Source: a virus. Taken from it: DNA of 42,418 nt. Under the pieces are notes generated by a model. That model had not been told where the DNA came from and did no database searches. It was given only the letters and a program-made list of their open reading frames with translations. The stretch spans positions 1 through 42,418 of IMG/VR virus record IMGVR_UViG_3300026026_000070, one strand, 5' to 3'. The translations under genes were made by a program, and so were the position numbers. Positions 38,368 through 42,418 of this stretch are shown here, in pieces. Numbering within the stretch: the first letter of the stretch is position 1; each line of letters begins with the position of its first letter.

Positions 38368-41142
38368 GTGTCCTGCCCGTCTTTCATTGACGCTTTCACT
38401 CGTGCAAACGGCACTCCTGGCAATGGCTGGGAGTGCCCTTCGGGCGGGTATCCGTCGGCGTGGACGATCAACGCCAATAAGCTGCGGTTGACCTCGGCAG
38501 GAAGCTACCTCACCAACGGCTTGTACAGGCCGGCCGCTGAGGACTTCGACAACGTTGAGGTGTCGGTCGACTTCACCACTGCCGACATTGGCAGTGCCCC
38601 TGAGATCTGGTTGCGCGAGCAGTCGTTTTCCACCTCGCCCACAGGATACATGTTTTTTGTGGGAGCGGACTACGTCTACATCTGGCTCATGCATGGAGGA
38701 TCAACCACAACCAACTGGAACACCTCTACTATCTCAACGCTGGTAGCGAACCACAATTATAGAATGGTCGCTTCTGCCGCCAACAACGGGTATGGCCAGG
38801 TCGACTTGTCAATACACGTTTACGACCTGGAAAACGGAAATGCCCTAGTGGCGCACTTGCATCAGTCGGATACCAGCGCCAGTCGTCATATGATGCATGG
38901 TCGTGTTGGGTTGAGCGGCAACAGCAGTGTGATCGACTATGACAATTTTACGGTGAGCAATCTGGACGCTGCCGCAGACGCAATCAGCGTCTCGAAGCCT
39001 TTTCGCAAGGTCGCGTCCGCCGCTACGACTGCCACGCTGACGATCTACGACTACGTCGAAACCTACGTGGGTATCGACCACGTGCCATACATTCAGACGT
39101 CCACGACGCTCAACGTGGCGGCGATCGTGCCAGCGTCACTTTTGCCGAGTGGCGGCGGCGTGAAGTTCGTGCTGGACGAGGGTCTTGGTGGAGAGACCGT
39201 GGCCTACTCCACCGGAGGGTCGGAGACCTTCGCGCACGCGTTTACAAGCGTGCCGAAGGGGGATCACACACTTGACGTGTATGTCGTCAACTCGTCCAAC
39301 GAAGTGCAGTCGGGAGCGGCCAACCACGATGAGGCGATCCACATTGGAGTGGGCGACATCTTCATGCTTTTCGGAGACTCGACGTCGGCGGGATACCCGT
39401 ACTACGATGCGAATACGGTCAACAACTGGACTCAGGCGACGAGCGGGAACGTTTCGACCGACAACCGCCAATTCCCGCAATATGACCACGCGGGCGGCTC
39501 GCAGTGGCGCAAGTCGTTCTTGGTGGACCTCCAGAACGCCATCGCAACGAACTATGGATACCCGGTCCTGATTTGGAACGAGTCCATCTCAGGGTATTCA
39601 ACGACTGAAGTAATCTCCCTGCTAGCCAACACCAATTGGATCAAGCGGGTCAGCATTCTCAATCCCAACTATTGGCTGCTCGACCTTGGGATCAACGACG
39701 GCATTTCGTCCGTGGCGGCGGCGACCTTCAACAGCCACGTGGACTCGATTTTGTCAGCACTCGCGACATACGGGAGTACGGCAGCTAACACGTTCTTGGC
39801 GAAGCCAGGCTACACGACAGACGCCACCCCGCAAGCGTATGAGCTGCTTTACTGCGACGAAATCGACGATATCGTGGCGGCGGAAGCCGCCAGCGCGGGG
39901 CCCGACTTCAACACGTATTTCCTGAACCATCAGAGCGAGCTTTCGGACTTCGCGCATCCGAATGCGACCGGATACGCGTCGAAGGCGACGCTGTGGTTTG
40001 CAGAGCTGGAGCAGATCGTAAATGTTACAGGCACAGGCACCATTAGTGCAGTAGCCGCGACTATAGCTAGTTCTGGCACCGTTAGCATTTCTGGCACCGC
40101 CTCACTGTCAGCCGAAGCCTCCACGGTCGCTAGCACAGGTACTGTTAGCGTTACAGGCACAGGTACTGTTATTGCGGTAGCCGCTGCGGTTGTAGCTAGT
40201 GGTGTGTTGACTGTTAATTGCGTTGGCACAGCACAGTCTGCAGCTTTAACAGCTAGCGGTGCAGGATCTGTTGGTGAAGCTTCTGTTACAGGTACAGCTG
40301 TTTTATCTTCAACAGCTACCACAATTGCGAGCAGCGGCACACTCACAGTCGATTGTAGCGGGGCGCTAGTAGCAGAAGCTGGCACTTGTGGCGCAACGGC
40401 AACTGTAACTGTGCAAGGTACTGCAACAGCACAGGCAGCCGCTAGCACAGTTAGCGGAGAAGGTTTCGTTTCAGCTGGCGATAGCGTCGTTGGCACAGGC
40501 ACTGTTAGCGCAGCGGCTACTACTGTAGATAGCAGTGGTACACTAACGGTTACAGGTAGTGGAACATCAGCAACGGCAGCTAGCGCTTGCAGTGGCGAAG
40601 GCTATATTCCTATCGTAGACGGCGTTTCCGCACTTGCTGTTGCGGCTACCGTTGCAGTAGCTAGTGGGCAACTTATTGTACAAGGTATGGCAGTTGCTAC
40701 TTGTGTGGCAACTAGCGTTTATGGTAGCGGCGTAGCGGGGGTAATTCTCGCATCCAATCCGCGCTATGAGCGCATAGCGCGCAATGCTGACAAGCAGCTA
40801 GCTAAGGCTGGCCAGTCGATAACGATTGCTCGCTACGCTCCGTCTCGCAATAGTTCCACAGGTGTGGTCACGAAGGGCGCGGCTACTGCGTCCGGCACTG
40901 CAAATGCAGTTGAGATACCCGTAACACAAGCGTTGATGGGAACCTTTGCTAGTCAGTGTGCACCGGGAACACTTGTAAGCAAGACAGTTCGTGCGCTCAA
41001 AGTGTCAGCGTTGCTTGGCTTCCTGCCGCAGTCGCGCGACGAAGTTACGCTAGCCGATGGCACTGTGTGGCCTGTCGTCGGCGTTACTCCAGTTAATCCT
41101 GCTGGCGTTCCAATTGTCTACACTGTTGGGGTTGCAAAGTGA
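38368..41142 (+). CDS. Large neck-module protein: LamG/DUF1080-like lectin domain, SGNH/GDSL esterase, degenerate Thr/Gly/Ala/Ser repeats and a head-closure-like C-terminus
   Basis: SGNH blocks are FGDSTSAG, LGINDG and DFAHPN. The N-terminal pattern FIDAFTR...W...INANKLRL...VGLSGNSSVIDYDNFTV looks like a concanavalin-type domain. The start is uncertain: GTG at 38368 is the first start codon after the upstream stop, whereas the track TTG at 38239 would overlap the upstream gene by 118 nt. Confidence 0.65.
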   Translation: MSCPSFIDAFTRANGTPGNGWECPSGGYPSAWTINANKLRLTSAGSYLTNGLYRPAAEDFDNVEVSVDFTTADIGSAPEIWLREQSFSTSPTGYMFFVGADYVYIWLMHGGSTTTNWNTSTISTLVANHNYRMVASAANNGYGQVDLSIHVYDLENGNALVAHLHQSDTSASRHMMHGRVGLSGNSSVIDYDNFTVSNLDAAADAISVSKPFRKVASAATTATLTIYDYVETYVGIDHVPYIQTSTTLNVAAIVPASLLPSGGGVKFVLDEGLGGETVAYSTGGSETFAHAFTSVPKGDHTLDVYVVNSSNEVQSGAANHDEAIHIGVGDIFMLFGDSTSAGYPYYDANTVNNWTQATSGNVSTDNRQFPQYDHAGGSQWRKSFLVDLQNAIATNYGYPVLIWNESISGYSTTEVISLLANTNWIKRVSILNPNYWLLDLGINDGISSVAAATFNSHVDSILSALATYGSTAANTFLAKPGYTTDATPQAYELLYCDEIDDIVAAEAASAGPDFNTYFLNHQSELSDFAHPNATGYASKATLWFAELEQIVNVTGTGTISAVAATIASSGTVSISGTASLSAEASTVASTGTVSVTGTGTVIAVAAAVVASGVLTVNCVGTAQSAALTASGAGSVGEASVTGTAVLSSTATTIASSGTLTVDCSGALVAEAGTCGATATVTVQGTATAQAAASTVSGEGFVSAGDSVVGTGTVSAAATTVDSSGTLTVTGSGTSATAASACSGEGYIPIVDGVSALAVAATVAVASGQLIVQGMAVATCVATSVYGSGVAGVILASNPRYERIARNADKQLAKAGQSITIARYAPSRNSSTGVVTKGAATASGTANAVEIPVTQALMGTFASQCAPGTLVSKTVRALKVSALLGFLPQSRDEVTLADGTVWPVVGVTPVNPAGVPIVYTVGVAK

Positions 41143-41543
41143 GTTTTGCAGCCGACATAGAACAGTTTGCAAAAGATGCGATCGACGAAGTCGAGCGTAT
41201 TCGACGCGTATTTATCGGCAAGCTGTGCGTTGCCATCATTGATCGTACACCCGTGCTTAGCGGGCATCTTAAAGGCAATTGGCAGCCGAGCACTGGAGCG
41301 CCTGAGTATGACGAAGTACCTCGCAAGTCGAAAGACGGTTCCTTCGTAAAATCGTTGCTCATGGACGTGCTGGCGAAGCTCAAAGGCGATGAGACGTTTT
41401 ACTTCAGCAACAACGCGCCCTATGTGCTCGTGATTGAGTACGAGGGCCACTCAAGCACCAAAGCGCCCGACGGTATGGTTCGCATAAGCCTTGCGGAAGT
41501 CGAGCAGTTGATCAATCAAGCTATCAGTGAGGGCGAACTGTGA
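41139..41543 (+). CDS. HK97 gp10-like neck / tail-completion protein
   Basis: It starts in a GTGA overlap. Motifs are DRTPVLSGHLKGNW and YFSNNAPYVLVIEYEGHS. Confidence 0.65.
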   Translation: MSFAADIEQFAKDAIDEVERIRRVFIGKLCVAIIDRTPVLSGHLKGNWQPSTGAPEYDEVPRKSKDGSFVKSLLMDVLAKLKGDETFYFSNNAPYVLVIEYEGHSSTKAPDGMVRISLAEVEQLINQAISEGEL

Positions 41544-41947
41544 GTTACGCAAATGCACAGCTAGCGATTGAAGTGCAGTTGGCAACACCACTTGCAAGCA
41601 AGCTAGTACAGTGGCCAAATGGTCCGAAAATTGCGCCCAATGGCGCTGCCTACGCGGAAGTCTTTCACATGCCCGCGCGCACGTTTGTGGATACGCTGGG
41701 TGAGCATGGGCAGGATTTGATTCCCGGTATTACGCAGATCAATGTTTATGATCCGCTGGAAACGGGCGATAACAACGCGTCAACTATAGTAGACACGTTT
41801 CGCGTTTCGTTCAAAGCTGGGCAATGGCTTACGAGTAATGGGCAAGCAGTGCTTGTGCGTGCTTGTGGTCCTGGTCCAGCAAGACGTGATGGAGACTACT
41901 TCAAGTCAATTGTAACAATTGAATGGGAAGCGCGCATTGCGCGCTAG
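41540..41947 (+). CDS. Tail terminator-like protein (DUF4128-like)
   Basis: It starts in a GTGA overlap, is 135 aa, and lies immediately upstream of the tail tube gene. Confidence 0.6.
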   Translation: MSYANAQLAIEVQLATPLASKLVQWPNGPKIAPNGAAYAEVFHMPARTFVDTLGEHGQDLIPGITQINVYDPLETGDNNASTIVDTFRVSFKAGQWLTSNGQAVLVRACGPGPARRDGDYFKSIVTIEWEARIAR

Positions 41948-41962
41948 AAAGCAGGAACGATC

Positions 41963-42418
41963 ATGGCAACAGGCGCAGCGCGACGACTAGCTCTCATAGC
42001 GGAAGCCACTTACGGTGCGGGTACGGGCGCAACTCCCGTGTTTGAGACGATGCTTGCTCGATCGGGTGGGCCGAAGATTGACGCTGATACTTTGGAAGAT
42101 GATACGATTCGTGGCGATTTTCATCGTACGGGTGTACGGCAAGGCAATCGCAAGGGCAGCTTTAGCTTGCAGGATTGGCTTCGCTATGGCGCTTATGATA
42201 CGTGGCTCCAAGCTGTGTTTGGCGGTACGTGGACTGACAACGTGCTCAAAACGGGAGCTACTCGGCGATCGTTCGTTATGGAAGAGTATTTCTCCGATCT
42301 GGGCACAGCGGACAATCCGTTCCATCGCTATGATGGCTGCGAATTCAGCAAGTTGTCTTTGCAGGTGTCCAACAATCAGCTTGTGGCTGCCAATTTCGAG
42401 GGCTTGTGCCGTGACGTC
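41963..42418 (+). CDS. Major tail tube protein, N-terminal part (open at the window end; continues at 1..573)
   Basis: The ATG at 41963 opens a frame with no stop to the end of the window. It is in phase with 1..573 once the 99-bp overlap is collapsed. It is absent from the ORF track because no stop occurs in the window. Confidence 0.85.
   Translation, partial: MATGAARRLALIAEATYGAGTGATPVFETMLARSGGPKIDADTLEDDTIRGDFHRTGVRQGNRKGSFSLQDWLRYGAYDTWLQAVFGGTWTDNVLKTGATRRSFVMEEYFSDLGTADNPFHRYDGCEFSKLSLQVSNNQLVAANFEGLCRDV
42320..42418. repeat. Terminal direct repeat, identical to 1..99
   Basis: Direct comparison shows the two stretches are identical. Confidence 0.95.

Noticed and set aside
39930-40502. 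190-aa minus-strand ORF opposite the repeat region of the neck protein
   Set aside because: It is a mirror-image shadow of the Thr/Gly/Ala/Ser repeats. It interrupts an otherwise continuous plus-strand late operon.
1-42418. Lysogeny module (integrase, excisionase, CI repressor, attP)
   Set aside because: I found no tyrosine or serine recombinase-like ORF and no CI-like repressor. The only HTH protein is Cro-sized. Temperate lifestyle therefore cannot be claimed from this sequence, although a plasmid-like or non-integrating lifestyle cannot be excluded.

Overview
The window is a complete, circularly closed genome of a tailed dsDNA phage with a siphovirus-type long-tail module. Bases 1..99 are identical to 42320..42418, so the unit length is 42,319 bp, and the major tail tube gene runs across the junction. 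Gene density is very high, and many neighbouring genes overlap as ATGA, GTGA or TAATG, which suggests translational coupling.

Two transcription arms diverge from a control region at about 25.86-25.99 kb.

- **Rightward arm (+):** XRE-type HTH regulator, AEP primase-polymerase fused to a DUF3987-type NTPase, an iteron/AT-rich origin-like region, eight small and mostly Cys-rich proteins including a PD-(D/E)xK resolvase-like nuclease, TerS, TerL, portal, scaffold, capsid, neck proteins, tail tube, a G/G-T chaperone pair with a -1 frameshift, tape measure, GTA-like distal tail proteins, a gpJ-like protein, a tail fibre, and a membrane/lipoprotein cluster.
- **Leftward arm (-):** Sak4-like ATPase, DUF669 SSB-like protein, Cas4-like nuclease, SF2 helicase, a run of small unknown genes that includes a visibly GC-rich insert, then sliding-clamp-like protein, an HExxH peptidase and family-A DNA polymerase.

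The two arms converge at 12547..12550. I found no integrase, CI-type repressor, recognisable endolysin, canonical tRNA, CRISPR array or reverse transcriptase.

The items most worth follow-up:

1. A promoter-to-terminator noncoding unit of about 340 nt, carrying a 5-codon mini-ORF, directly in front of the clamp-peptidase-PolA genes.
2. Intrinsic terminators embedded in the leftward operon directly upstream of the next gene's ribosome-binding site, which implies antitermination or readthrough control.
3. A GC-rich two-gene insert encoding an Arg-rich 331-aa protein and an exported 86-aa protein.
4. A roughly 924-aa neck-module protein that combines lectin-like, SGNH-esterase, repeat and head-closure-like parts.

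All family assignments come from motifs read by eye and from memory. No searches or computations were run.
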